Shown here piece after piece: positions 22,741-35,214 of a DNA stretch of 64,000 nt (position 1 is its first letter; every line of letters begins with the position of its first letter). The stretch is from Phaeosaccion multiseriatum. Taxonomy: Eukaryota; Protista; Ochrophyta, other classes. Under the pieces are notes generated by a model. It saw only the letters and a program-made list of their open reading frames with translations. It was not told the DNA's origin and did not search any database. A program made the position numbers and the translations under genes. The stretch is taken from the NCBI GenBank assembly GCA_965112735.1, contig OZ218951.1, positions 310,001 to 374,000 of the forward strand. Direction: 5' to 3'.

Positions 22741-23732
22741 CAATCACCAAGAAGGCGCGGGGTGAATGGCCGGCCAATCAATCTTGGAGTCAGGAAGAAG
22801 CGCTTTGGGGGGCGTTGCCGTTGCCTTTGCCGTTGCCGGCAGAGGTATTATGGTGTGATTGTCCTTTCTGTGAGTCAAGTGAGGGCCTTTGGGGTTACCA
22901 ATAATCAATGGGTACCCCAACGTGAGTCACTACTTGTAGAATACTCTGCGTATACGACCGGTGACGACTTGTCACCGACACCGACTCTTTCAGCCACCAT
23001 CAGGCCAACCAGGGTGTCGCTTCTCTAGCCCGAGCTGCCGAACGAGCCAAGACGGCCAGGTATGAAGTGCCTGCTGCCTGACCAAGCATGCCTCTTCCAC
23101 CCCTCTGATCTTCGCGACCAAAAGGGGTGATGGGGTACCGCACCCAGCACTTCATTCGTCAGCTGGCCCACCACTTCCCTCCTTACCACAGTTCGTCTAT
23201 CTCATCTGTCTTCTCTCTCCCTCCCTCTCCCTTTCTCTTTCCGTCTGCCCCTCTTCCCCTCCCCCCCTCCCTCCCTTCCTCTCTCTCCCCCCCTTGCTCC
23301 CTCCCTCCCTCCCTCCCTATGTCCTCTCCAGGCAGCAGCAGCAGCAGCAGCAGCAACGATGGTGGTGGCAAGGGCAGGGCGAGCAAGCGAGGGATGGCGG
23401 CGGGGGCGGGCGGGGGCGGCCTGGAGAGGAGAACAGTCCACTGCCAGCAGCGTCAGAGGTGGCCCAAGCCTGCGCTCCGACGCCGGTTCCGACGACGCAT
23501 AGAGCGCTTGATGCATCCATTGACATCCATTGACTGCTCTTCAAGAGAGTATTGATTCTTCCATTCACTTACGACACTCTATTTCATCAATCGGTGCAGC
23601 CCTCTTTCGCTGCATGTACACGTGGAAGCACCGCCAAATTTCCCTCCTCCGAGCCTTCATCCTTTCCTACCTGGATACTTTTATACTTTTAGGCAGACAT
23701 AGATGGCGCTTAGTTATTAGTTAAGGGCGTAA

Positions 23733-23763
<31 letters not shown>

Positions 23764-24049
23764 GGTGCCGTGCAGTACCTCTCACTCCTGAGCAGTCTGT
23801 GGTGCCCGTGCAGGGCGAGCGCATTCCGCATCCCCCCATACACGTATGGACACGTATGGACAGCTTTCCGCCTCATCGAGAGGAGCGAATAGAGTGCGCA
23901 GTCATCCCCTTCCTCACTGCTGCCCCCCGGTGGATCCAAAGCACCATAGCGAGGCTCACTCACTGCCCTCCGGTGGATCCAAAGCACTTTAGCGAGGCTC
24001 ACGCACGCACTCACGGGTGGCACGAGGAGGTGTGCTCTTCTGCTGTGGC

Positions 24050-25366
24050 TCACGGCTGCGGCTCGTATGGCAGGAACCCCGCACACGTGTCCGCTTGACA
24101 CAGGCAAGGTGTGTGCCCGACTTGTGCCCCAGGCCCTCCCCCATAGTGAAAGGTGAGCTCCTCTCCCTCCTCCACGTGTCGGCTGGTGAACACGGCCAAG
24201 CATACCTCGCTCCAGAGCGCCCTTCGCACGGCCTCCACGCGGCAGTTGGGGTCGCAGCTGTGGTTGATGAAGCGGGCGAGGTTGCCTGCGTGTGTGGCGT
24301 CGACGATGGTGGTGATGGTTTCCGCAGCCTTCTTTTCCTCACCCTCCTCCTCCTCCTGCTGCTGTCCCGGCTGCTGTTCCTGCCGCTCCGTCTGTGTATG
24401 GGGAGATTCCCCACCTCCTCTGCCCCCTCCTCCCCCAAAGTGCTCCCGAAAGACGAGCACGAACTCCTTCCCCCCCTTCCCCCCCTTCTCCCCCTTCCCT
24501 TGCCACCGGACAGTCGGGAGGAGGGCCCTCTCACCCGCGTAGACACACACGAAGTGGTCCTGCGCCATGGGGCGCGAGGCAAAGAGACCCCATCCCTTGT
24601 TACTTGTGCCTTTCGTCTGTGTCTGCCGAACGGCGACGCTGCCCGATGGTGGCCGCTGCGAGTCGCGGAGTAGACACTGCTGCTGCCCTGAACCCCGGCA
24701 ATACTGCTCAACTCTAGTACGGCCAGCGCTGTCGCCGCCGCCACCGCAGCAAGAACAGTTCCCGTGGCACTCAAAGGCGTGGGAGAAGGCTGGGCTTCTA
24801 CTGCCGCTGCTGCTGCTGCTGCTGTTGCATTGGCTTTGGCGCCCTTCTGGCTCTCTTCTCCCAGCGGCCGCAGCGAGGATGTGCTGGTTGAGGAGCCAGC
24901 AGCTGCACGTGTCGTCACTGCAGGGGCTTCCTGCGCTGCAAGAGCACCCTTGAAAAGGAAGTTCGGCCTCTTCCTCACGCCCTTCCTGCTTCACCCCTCC
25001 ATCTCCGTCCAGAACCCCCTCTCTCCCCTCTTGCCACCTTGCCCTTACCAGGTAGTAGAAAAGAGGAGGCACAGGACCCCCCAAGGACGGACCAAGTCCA
25101 CCACCACACGGCCTTGGGTCTGCACCTGGCGCAGCACTGATCCCTATGCAGTGCTGCTCCCGGCCCCACGACATGTCCCTCTTCCACGCCGCCACGGCAG
25201 CCTTGGCATCGAGGAGAAATTTCTTGCAACAGAGAGCGTAGTTCAACACGTCCTGCCACTCAACCTCTGCTCGAGAACACAACACCGAGATTGCGCTGCT
25301 GCTTATGCTACTCCTTCTCTTCCTCTTCTGATTCCCATCCACATCCCTCCCCCTCTTTCCCTCCAT
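24050..25366 (-). CDS. Pre-SET/SET/post-SET histone lysine methyltransferase (SUVR3/SETMAR-like), intronless
   Basis: Cys-rich pre-SET (GCSC...C...CSC...EC...CSC), GWGLFA, YAGE, DATHAGNLARFINHSCDPNC, GEELTFHYG, post-SET CLCQADTC. Confidence 0.92.
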   Translation of the reverse strand: MEGKRGRDVDGNQKRKRRSSISSSAISVLCSRAEVEWQDVLNYALCCKKFLLDAKAAVAAWKRDMSWGREQHCIGISAAPGADPRPCGGGLGPSLGGPVPPLFYYLVRARWQEGREGVLDGDGGVKQEGREEEAELPFQGCSCSAGSPCSDDTCSCWLLNQHILAAAAGRREPEGRQSQCNSSSSSSGSRSPAFSHAFECHGNCSCCGGGGDSAGRTRVEQYCRGSGQQQCLLRDSQRPPSGSVAVRQTQTKGTSNKGWGLFASRPMAQDHFVCVYAGERALLPTVRWQGKGEKGGKGGKEFVLVFREHFGGGGGRGGGESPHTQTERQEQQPGQQQEEEEGEEKKAAETITTIVDATHAGNLARFINHSCDPNCRVEAVRRALWSEVCLAVFTSRHVEEGEELTFHYGGGPGAQVGHTPCLCQADTCAGFLPYEPQP

Positions 25367-25835
25367 TTGGGGGTTTTGAGAGTCAGAGAAAGAGTTTGAA
25401 GGAGACAGAGCGAGAGGGAGAGGGAATGAATGAAAATTAAAAGGAGGAAGGCATTACTTTGTAGAGAAGGAGAAGCTACACTGTAAAGGGGAAAAAACCC
25501 TAAGAGACGGCGACGAAGTGGAAACATTGTGTGTCCGAGGCAGTCGCCATTTGCATACGCTTCCTCAAGCCGTGCTCGGCTGCGCGCTCAATGGCTAGCA
25601 AAGAGCAAAAGGTGGTGGGAGGGCACATTCCTGAGAGGCCAGCCATCTGCACAACCAAGGGCAAAAGGGTCCAAGGAATACAAAACCAAGAGAAGCGAGT
25701 ACTACTACAGAAGATGACGTCCTTCGATCGGAAGCATGCCTAAGCTGTGGCCTTCTTCGGTGCTGATACGCAAATGCCTTGGGATAGGGCCCTGCCTCAT
25801 GGCCCTGCCTCATGGCCCTGCCTCATGGCCCTGCC

Positions 25836-28800
25836 TCACGCCTCAGTCGAGTCGAATGGTCTCTCCCTCGGTCTAGTAGGACCCCCCGGGTGATGCACGA
25901 TGGCCATGGGGTAAACGGGGTTCACAAGCACGTGCTTGCTCGCCCCACCCACCACCGCCGCGTTGCTGAGCCCTCCCGCCCCTGCACACACACGCACGCA
26001 CGCACGCACGCACATAGACGGCACAGCACAGCACAGCACAGGACGGAGTGAGAAGGTTGGACAGGGGGCTTGGGTGGTAGCTTCTTCCTCATTCACTGAA
26101 ACACACACACGCGCGCACTCCACCCACCCACTTCAACTCACCCACTCCGCTCATCCCCCCACCCACGCACCCACTCAACTCACCGGCTCCTCCTGTCCTC
26201 GAGGTGCCTCCCCCTGGCCGCCGCACGCCACTGCTGCTGAGGTGCGCATTCTTGAGCGTCTGGCACACCGCAGTGAGGGGCGGCCGTCGGCTCCGCAGCA
26301 GCTGCTGCTGGATCACCAACGGGTGCGGCAACCCCTGTTCCTTCGGGCAGTAGCTTCGCTCCCTCCCGGAGCCGCCGCCGCCTCCTCCTCCTCCTCCTCC
26401 TCCTCCTCCTCGTCCTCCTCCTCCTCCTCCTCCTCCTCCTCCTCCTCCTCGTCCTCCTCCTCGTCCTCCTCCTCCTCCTCCTCCTCCTCCTCCTCCTCCT
26501 CCTCCTCCTCCTCCTCCTCCTCCTCCTCCTCCTCCTCCTCCTCGCCCTCGTCCTCGTCCTCCTCCTCCTCCTCCTCCTCCTCCTCCGCCTCCTCCTCCTC
26601 CTTCTCCTCCTCCTCCTCCTCCTCCTCCTCCTCCTCCTCCTCCTCCTCCGTTCCTCCCTCCTCCAAGGCCAGCGCCATCTGTGCCCCTGCCCATAGTACT
26701 GCCTCTGCCCCTGGCCGTGTCGCCACCCCCACCCCCTGACCGGACGGCTGCGTGCAGGATGTCTACGCCCCCCCCGGCTCGAATGTCGGCATTGAGGATA
26801 AAGCCAACGTCCAGGCCGCCGTTGACACGAACAGCAAGGCACCTTCACACGTGTTCACACGGTTTCATATGGTGCGGGAGGCGCCAGCAGGGAGAGGGCA
26901 GCAGGGCAAGGACGGGAAGGGAAGGGAAAGGAAGGGAAGGGAAGGGAAGGGAAGGGAAGGGAAGGGAAGGGAAGGGAAGGGAAGGGAAGGGAAGGGAAGG
27001 GAAGGGAAGGGAAGGGAAGGGAAGGGAAGGGAGGGGAAGGGAAGGGAAAGGAAGGGAAGAGGCGAGGAGAGGGGGAGGGGTCAGGGATACTCAGCAGGAG
27101 GGCCGGAGGAGCCCCTGCACAGGCACACAGACAACGACTAAGTACACAAGGGAGGGAGAGGGGGAGGCGAGAGGGTAAGGGGGCTCTTCGTCCGGGAGCA
27201 GTCACGCAGCTCACACACCCACAAACTCAGCACTGACGCACTGACGCACTCACGCCCTCACGCACTCACGCACTCACAGGCGGACGGGGTGGTGTGGCGG
27301 AGAGGGGGCGGCGGCGACGGTGCGGATGTCATAATCTTCCACAAAGAGCGACTTTTGGAGCTTCACGAGGTCGGGCCTTGCTCGGAGCAGGCACGGCAGG
27401 AGGGCCTCAACGTCCAACGTGGAGAGGCGCAGCAGACGCACTGCCATCACCGAGGAGGGCGTGCAGAGGGCGGTGTCAGGACTATCGTCAGGACTGTTGA
27501 TGCTATTGTTGCTGCCGCTGCTGCTGGAGCTTGTCACGGCGCCGAAAGGTCTGGGGGGGCGGTCACCCTTCCGCGAAGGACCCGTGCCTCCCATCCTCCC
27601 CATGAGCTCATCTTCGCACATCTGATGAGATGATATAGGATGATAGAGAGCGAGCAGGAGGGAGGAGGACGAGGAGGAGGAGGGGAGGGCAAGGAGATGG
27701 AGGGAGTCCAATAGGAAAAGGTGAGAAAGCAGCTGAGCAGAGGACTCCCATGCACCTTAGGGGCATCACGTGCTCATGTTCGCCTCACCTCAATGTCAGC
27801 GCCGATCGCCCCCCCCCCCCCACTCGACGTCGTGAGCCACTCCTCGCCACTCAAGGGCCCTGGGCACTGCAGCCGACTGTTGGTAGTGTTGGTAGTGTTG
27901 GTAGTGTTGGTAGTATTGGTAGTTCCCGACGTTCCCTTGTCCGGCCTTCCCGGCCCCTCGCTTGTGCTTGCCGGCACGGAGGGAGGGGCGCGAGAGGACG
28001 AGCGAGACGACGCGTCTTGCTCCATCATGTCGTAATCTGCTGCTGGTGCTGGTGTTACTGCTACAGGCCCTACACATACGCATACATTCACAGTTGGCGG
28101 TATGGGAGTGGGGCGTGCGGTGAGCTCAGGCGAAGACAAAAGACGCGGAGAGGATGTAAGCAGAGCAGAGTAGAGCAGGCGGGGTGGGGTGGGGTGAACG
28201 ACGACCTTCTTGTGGCGCAGAGCCCCCTCTCCCCCCCTCTATCCCTCTATCCCTCTATCCCTCCATCCCTCTATCCCTCTATCCCTCTATCCCTCTATCC
28301 CTCTATCCCTCTATCCCTCTATCCCTCCATCCCCCTCCATCCATCCATCCCTCCATCCCTCCATCCCCCTCTATCCCTCTACCCCCCTCTATCCCTCTAT
28401 CCCTCTATCCCTCTATCCCTCTATCCCTCTATCCCTCCATCCCCCTCTATCCCTCTATCCCTCTATCCCTCTATCCCTCTATCCCTCTATCCCTCTATCC
28501 CTCTATCCCTCCATCCCCCTCTATCCCTCTACCCTCGCCGCTCACAAGAAACCCCAGCAAAGCCTTGCCTGCCTGTCTGCCTCCTCGCACACACACTCAC
28601 CAGTTGCGCCCCCCCCTCCCTCCCGGCTGAGGCTGGTGAAGCAGCCAGGAGGAGACTCGGCAGCAGCGGTAACTGCCAAACCCGCCGGCTCGCTGGCCAG
28701 GCTGAGCACACACACCAGGATCCTATCGCACGTGTTGATCCGAAGAAGGTACCTGCCGGACGGTGGGGGGTAGTTGGGGGCATATGGGGAGAGCATGAGC

Positions 28801-28965
28801 GAGCCGGCGAGACGGGCGAGTAGTGTCGGTTACACCACGCAAAAGGGCGAGGGGAGGGGAGGTGGCGCCTCTCCATCCCCATGCCTCTAATCCGCCCCCC
28901 CACTCTTCCTCCCTCCCCTCGTGCTCCCTTCCCTTCCCCTCCCCTCCCCTCCCCTCGCTTGTCCA

Positions 28966-28998
<33 letters not shown>

Positions 28999-30975
28999 AC
29001 CTCCACTCCTTCTAGTCCTGACCTCTCGGGGCTGACGCTGATGACGTCATCGAGCCCCATCACCGGCCCGTCGGCACCGCCCAACGCCGTGTAGGAGAAG
29101 GCCAAGCACTTGAAGGGCAACGAGCGCCCCCCCAGAGCGAGCGGACCGGGCCCCACGGTCACGTGATAGTCTCTGCTCACATCGTGCTGCGGGGGGGGGG
29201 GGAGGAGAGGTTAGGTGAGTGAGGGTGAGTGAGGGTGAGTGAGTGAGTGGGAAGGCGAGTCCAGTCCCGGAAGGCACGCGAGACGGGTGGAGGGGTGCTA
29301 CACACAGCGGCCTCCGAGGACCTTCGCCACAGCAGGTGCAACGCGAGGTGCCGCAGGGGGGGCGGGTCTTTTGCTGCCAATACCCACCGAGAAAGAAAGA
29401 CACAGCCACCACCCCGCTACTTCCCTCCCCTCTCACCTCGCCGCAACCGCTCTCCGTGCTCCTCTTGAGGGCCTTGCAGGCCACTGCCACCACGAGCCTG
29501 CCGTCGTCGGAGTGCAGCACGGAGAGCGCATGTCCATCAAGTCGGGCAGGAACACCCCCATCATCCTCCTCCTCCCCCTCCCCCTGGTCCTGCTCCTGCA
29601 GCTGAGCGTGGTCCTCATCCAGACTGCGCAGACCCAAGGGGGTGGCAGTGGGGCCCGAGGACCTCCTACGACAGTTTGGGCCGTACCAGAGGGGCATGGA
29701 CCAATCGCCCGCACCTCCCTTCAGTACCATGGGGAGGCGCACGTGCCAGAAGCTGAGCTGCAAGCCGCTGCTGCCGCTGCTGCTCAGAGTGTGCCTCTCC
29801 TGGCCTGGGAAGCCGGCCCCATATGCCTCTGACGCCCCCAGGCCAGCGCCGCCCTGCACACCGTAGCCCTGTACCCAAGCAAAGCAGTGCAGTTGGGGGT
29901 GTATGGCCATGCATCGATCGACGAGGTTAAGAGTTAATACCGTCGGGAGAAGACTTGACGGTACTGTGTACTGACTGCACTGCTGCCTCTGGTCCGCGGG
30001 TTTCGCACCCATGGTTTGGCCTTGTGTCTCCATCTGCCCCTCCCACATAATATATATTTCTATATGTGTGTACCTCTCTTTGTCGCCCCTACATCGGGTC
30101 CTCTTACTCCCTATATCCCTCCCTCGCCCTCCCTCTACCTCTGCTACTGCACTACTTCACTGCCTCTGCTACTGCACTACTTCACTGCCTCTGCTATTGC
30201 ACTACTTCACTCACCACGAGGAACTCTCCGTCGTGGCTAAAGCCCAGCAGCACCAATGACCCCCTCAAGGGAGGAGGAAGAACCGCCCCCAAGCTCATGG
30301 CCCTCACCTGCGCAGACACACACAAGCGCCCACAGCAGGCAGCGGAACAAGGTTCATTGTGAGGACAATCAGAGGAAGGGACGCACTGATGATTATGAAA
30401 CGGATTTGGCGGGAATCGACCGACCGACGAGGTGCTGTATCCGCCGCTGTCCTTCAGCCCTCCACACTGTACAGACCTTGGCCAGCCCGTGAGAGGGCGT
30501 CTTCTCCCTGGCCTGCGACGGACGAGTCTCTCGTTCGCGCAGCAAGGCACACACGTTGTAAGTGCGGGCGGCCCTCTTCTCGCCCTTGCTGCCCACCCTC
30601 CTCCGCTTCCTAAGGGCGGTCGGACGCGGCGGATGCGGCGGGCCATCCTGCGGAGGGGCGGGGTGCGAGAGCGAGGGACAGAGAAGAGTGGCAATGTCCC
30701 CCGCCTTCCTCCTCCTCTTGCGAATCTTGGCCCCCTTCCACATCATCCTCCCCGCTCCTCTTCCCCCCTCTTTGTTCTTCCCTTGAGACAACCAAACTCC
30801 TCTCCCTCTTTCCGAGCCTAACCCACCAGATCTTCTCCCACCACGTTGACCCCCCCCTCTTTACGAGCCTATCCCACAGCCAGCCTGCCCCGCTCGGCTC
30901 CCTTTCATCGTCGGGGAGGACAAGACGTATCTGCCTCTCCTCTTCCCGCTTGACAAATTGCAGAAGAGCTCCCAA
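25836..30975 (-). CDS. DCAF15: DCAF15-like CRL4 substrate receptor, multi-exon; start codon uncertain (~30650-30975)
   Basis: Ordered DCAF15-like motifs: [41 protein letters not shown]...[40 protein letters not shown]. Assignment is from remembered motif resemblance. Confidence 0.65.
26375..26650 (-). repeat. (GGA)n tract inside a DCAF15-like exon, ~90 residues mostly Gly
   Basis: The Gly frame is the one continuous with the upstream motif and in phase with the final exon. Confidence 0.8.
28225..28535. repeat. 8-bp intronic satellite (ccctctat)n
   Basis: Tandem copies read directly. Confidence 0.9.
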
Positions 30976-31185
30976 AAGACTGACACCCAGACACCACTAC
31001 AAAGTGTATCACCTCCACCACACAGACACCTCCCTCGTTCCAAGCCTACCCCACTTGCTTGGTATCCTCCGCTCCCTTTTTTATGCCGATTTTGCGCGGG
31101 AAGTACCCGAGTTGTACACACGACGCATCGCCATCTGTGTCGCCTCGCCTTGAGGGGCCCTCGTCGGACACAGCACAGCGACACT

Positions 31186-31254
<69 letters not shown>

Positions 31255-31388
31255 TACTCACCCCTTCGCTCCCTCCCTCTCGACACAGCGCCAAGGGATT
31301 GAAGGATTGATAAGAAAAGAGAGGGAGAGGAGAGAGAAGGGTTGAAGCCTCTTGGGTTAAGCCCAGGTTGGAGTAAGACTCAGGTGGA

Positions 31389-34300
31389 ATGTTAAGGGGA
31401 GTGGTTGTGGCTCTACTAATTCCAGCAGGGCTGTCTATGCAAACAGTGGTCGGGGGCTTCAGTAGAGGAGCAGGAAGAGTAACAGCAGCAGCGGCGGCAG
31501 GGCGGGCACCCGCCCAACGATCTGCACCCCTCATGTCCTCTTTCAGGCCGTCCTCCCGACTGCTTTCCGCAGAGGCCTCCTCGTCGGAGGCTTCTTCATC
31601 AGAGACCTCGTCCGCTTCCTCTTCGCCTTCCTCGCTGGAAGGATCTCTGCTGATGCGCAGCCCTGCTGAGAGCCCTCTCCTCGGCCGCGGAAAGGAGATT
31701 TTCTCTCTGGCGCCCATGATGGTGAGTGCCTAGTATTTTGAACAACAGCAATGTGCTCTACAGGACAGGAGTGTGTCATGGCCCGGCTCGGGTAGGGTGC
31801 TTTTCGGCTCTCGACTCTCGAGAGGACTCTGTCCGCTTCCCTCACGACAATAGATGGATGTACACGCCTTTTGGTCCGCCGTACACGCTGGTACGCCCGC
31901 GCCCGCCCCACTCTCACCCCAACTGCTGCCCCTACGTCACCAACTCACCCACTACCACCACAGGAGTACACGGATCGCCACATGCGCTTCTTCCTGCGCC
32001 TGCTCAGCAAGCGAATGATACTGTGGACGGAGATGGTGACGGCCCCCACGCTCGTGCACTACGAGAAGGAGCTGGAGGAGGGGCAGGGGGAGGGCCTGGA
32101 CCGCTTCCTCGGATACGCGGAGCAGGAGCACCCTCTCATCCTGCAGATCGGGGGCTCGGACGCAGGTGCGAGGGGGCAGCGAGGGGGAGAGGTCTTCTCC
32201 TGTCTGCAACTGTCGGCGACAGGCGGGAGGAAGACTCTGGGGGAGAGTGTCCCGGGTGTGATATGGGGCAGGCATGTGCACCTGCCAGGCGGTGTCAGTG
32301 TGAAGGCAGGCACCTCGGAGACGCTCTATCCCCCTGCTACAGCTCTCATCACCCCCCTGCTACAGCTCTCATCACCCCCCTGCCCCGCCCAGCCCGTCCC
32401 TGCCCATGGGGAAGTGAGCTGATTTGAATTTGAGCTCATTTGCACAGTCTCCCGCCCCTCCCTCTCGCCTGTTTCCCCTCCTGCCATACTGTACCGTACC
32501 GTACCGCGCCCCACCCCCACCCCCACCTCCACCTCCCGCTCCACACAGATGACATCAAACGGGCTTGCGAGCGCGCCATGGCCTTCAAGTACGACTCCAT
32601 CAACTTGAACTGCGGATGCCCCTCCGACAAGGTGGCGGGCAAGGGCTGCTTCGGCGCCGCTCTCATGCGTGAGAAGGAACTCGTGGCGAGTCTCACCAGG
32701 GCCATGGCGGAGGGCGTGCAGTACACAATACCCATCTCAGTCAAGTGCCGCATAGGGGTGGACGACGACGACTCCTACGAGTCGCTCTATAGGTTGGTGC
32801 GCGGGTGGATGGATGGGTAGGTCAGCGAGTTGGTTGTCCAGTTGGTTGTCCTGTTCATGTCAGCTGTGAGGCGAGCGCCGCGGGCGTGGGTGTGGGGGTA
32901 GGGCTTGCAACGGTGGGAAGTGTCCGTCCCACGCGCCTCCGTGCCATGAGTTGTCCTCCATCCCCCGTGTCACCGCCGTAACCGCTGTAACCGATGTAAC
33001 CGCTGGAACCGGTGTAAACGCCCCTGCACACCTCCTCTCCCCTGTGCTGCAGCTTCGTGGACTACGTGAGTCGAGAGGGCGGAGTGACTCACTTCATCAT
33101 CCATGCTCGCACGGCCATCCTGGGGGGGTTAACTCCTGCTCAGAACAGAAACATACCTCCCCTCAAATACGACCGCTGCTACAGACTCGTCCAGGTCAGT
33201 GAGTGAGGAGGGCATCAACAGGAGGGTGGAGGCAGAAGAAGGACCAAGGGGATGAGGGGCAGACACGGGGGGGGTGGGGAGATGGAGGGAGGGCAGTAAA
33301 GGCGCTCACTCACTCACGCTCAACGCTCACGCACATAGTTGCCCAGTGGTGGATGGGCAAGCAAGCCCTTTGTGAATGGGCATGCAAGCTCCATTCAGCC
33401 CAACCAGTCCTCTCCTACGATGCCTCGCTCCCTCCCTTGGCTGTGTGCTTCGCTGTGCTGTGATTGGCTCTTTGCTGTGATTGGCTCTTTGCTGTGGGCG
33501 GCGCAGGACTTCCCCTCGCTGGACTTCACCATCAACGGAGGCATACACACCTACGAACAAGCCAAGGAGCACCTCGACAACGGCGTGCATGGAGTCATGG
33601 TGGGAAGGTGAGTTACAATGGCAGCTTCTTTGTCTTGTGGGAGAGAGAGAGGAGAGAGAGAGGAGAGCGAGCCCCCACCTCCCTCCTCACCCCACACCCG
33701 CCGGCCATCCTCTTGCCAATGAAACAGGGCCATCAACAACAACCCGTGGTACTTCAGCCAAGTCGACTCCGTCATGTTCGGGGATGAAGACCCCGGCCTC
33801 AGCAGGTGAGGGGGGAGCACCAAAGCAGCAGAGCTGGGAGGGAGGGAGGGAGGTCGGGAGGGAGGGAGGCTGGGAGGGAGGGAGGGATGGAGGGAGGGAG
33901 GGAGGGAGGGAGGGAGGGGGGGAGGGATAGATGGAGGGAGAGAGGGAGGGAGGGATGGAGGGAGGGAGGAAGGAAGGGAGGGAGGGAGGGAGGAAGGAAG
34001 GAAGGAAGGAAGGGAGGGAGGGAGGGAGGGAGGGAGGGATGGAGGGATGGAGGGAGGGAGGGATGGAGGGAGGGAGGGAGGGGGGAGGAGGCTCCACTGC
34101 AAAGGAAAGGAGAAGGGAAGGAAGGCATATCTCTCCACACGAGGTGGGGCGTCCCCAGCGATGCTGTGCTTGCCCTGAGCCCATCCCTGCCTCGCCTCGG
34201 CCGTCCCCCTAAGTCAGTGGAATAGACTGAAATTGACCCATCTTTCCCCTTTGGCACTTGTCTACACACTCGTTAGATTCGAGGTGCTGCAGAAGTACGG

Positions 34301-34968
34301 AGAGTACGGCGTGGAGCAGGAGAGGCTGGCGGGCGACATGGTGAGTACATGACTCAAGCACTGCTCCCCTGAGTGACTCGATTCGCTCCCCCTCCTTGCC
34401 TCACTCTCTGTCTCTGTCTTGTCTCACTCTCCGTCCCTGTCTCTGTCTCTGGGTCACCCCCCCCCCCCTCCTGCCCTCTCTGCCCTCTCTGCCCTGCTCT
34501 CTCTCTCCTCGGCAGTGGCTGGGTCGGCGGCGGCGTCTGGCCAAACCTCTGTGGAACCTCTTCGCCGGAGAGCCCCGAGGGAAGATGTTTCGTAAGGCGC
34601 TGAACGACCTCATCAACCCGGATGCACAGAACAAGTCCTTCGCTGAGATCCTGGACGTAAGCAACAATCAGCCCTAAAGCCTTGGCAGCAGCGGGTACAA
34701 GAGTCTCGTTTTTGTGGGCTTGGGCGGGGACTGACGTGTGACTGGGCGGCTGTGGGCGCTTGCAAGCTCTCTGTTTGTGCGTCTTTTCTTTTAAAGTAAT
34801 CATTCAGTGCGTATGTGCCTCCTGCTGGCTGCTCCCCTGTTCTGTAACGCCAATGCTTGTGCAACCTCGAACCCTCTGCAGGAGGCGAGTGCCGTCATCA
34901 ACCCCGCAAGGCTGCACCTGCGTCCCGGGGAGGAGCTCGATGAGGAGCTTGGTACCCAGCGCTACTGA
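31389..34968 (+). CDS. dusA: tRNA-dihydrouridine synthase, DusA family, probably plastid-targeted, 9 exons
   Basis: [65 protein letters not shown]; N-terminal hydrophobic signal ending ...VVGG-F then a Ser/Arg-rich transit-like region. Confidence 0.93.
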
Positions 34969-34977
34969 GCACCCACA

Positions 34978-35110
34978 ATGACCGACCGACCGACCGACCG
35001 ACCGACCGACCGACCGACCGACCGACCGACGGACGGACCCACCCACCGACTGACTGACTGACTGACTGACTGACTGACTGACTGACTGACTGACTGACTG
35101 ACTGACTGAG
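34978..35110. repeat. Compound microsatellite (CCGA)n then (CTGA)n
   Basis: Read directly, just after the dusA stop. Confidence 0.9.
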
Positions 35111-35214
35111 CTGGCCGGACCAATCCGTTGGGATGCGGGAGGGGCGGGGAGTAGGGGGCGCTGTGTCCTTGCTGTAGACAGAGAGAAGGGAGATCGAGTA
35201 GACACCCCTCCAGA

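Larger units (their letters stand above)
20529..22904 (+). pseudogene. WRKY19-like C-x4-C...GGxCxxHG zinc-finger repeat gene, disrupted
   Basis: MRGVCKVEGCE (from 20529) rejoins KYQQQGGLCVSHG at 21645 once the insert is removed; further CSVEGC...GGLCxSHG repeats follow; frameshifted Cys/His-rich tail (YHGACL...WCDCPFC). Confidence 0.75.

Noticed and set aside
23735-23760. Poly(A) tail of a SET retrogene
   Set aside because: Wrong strand; it reads poly(T) in the SET sense.
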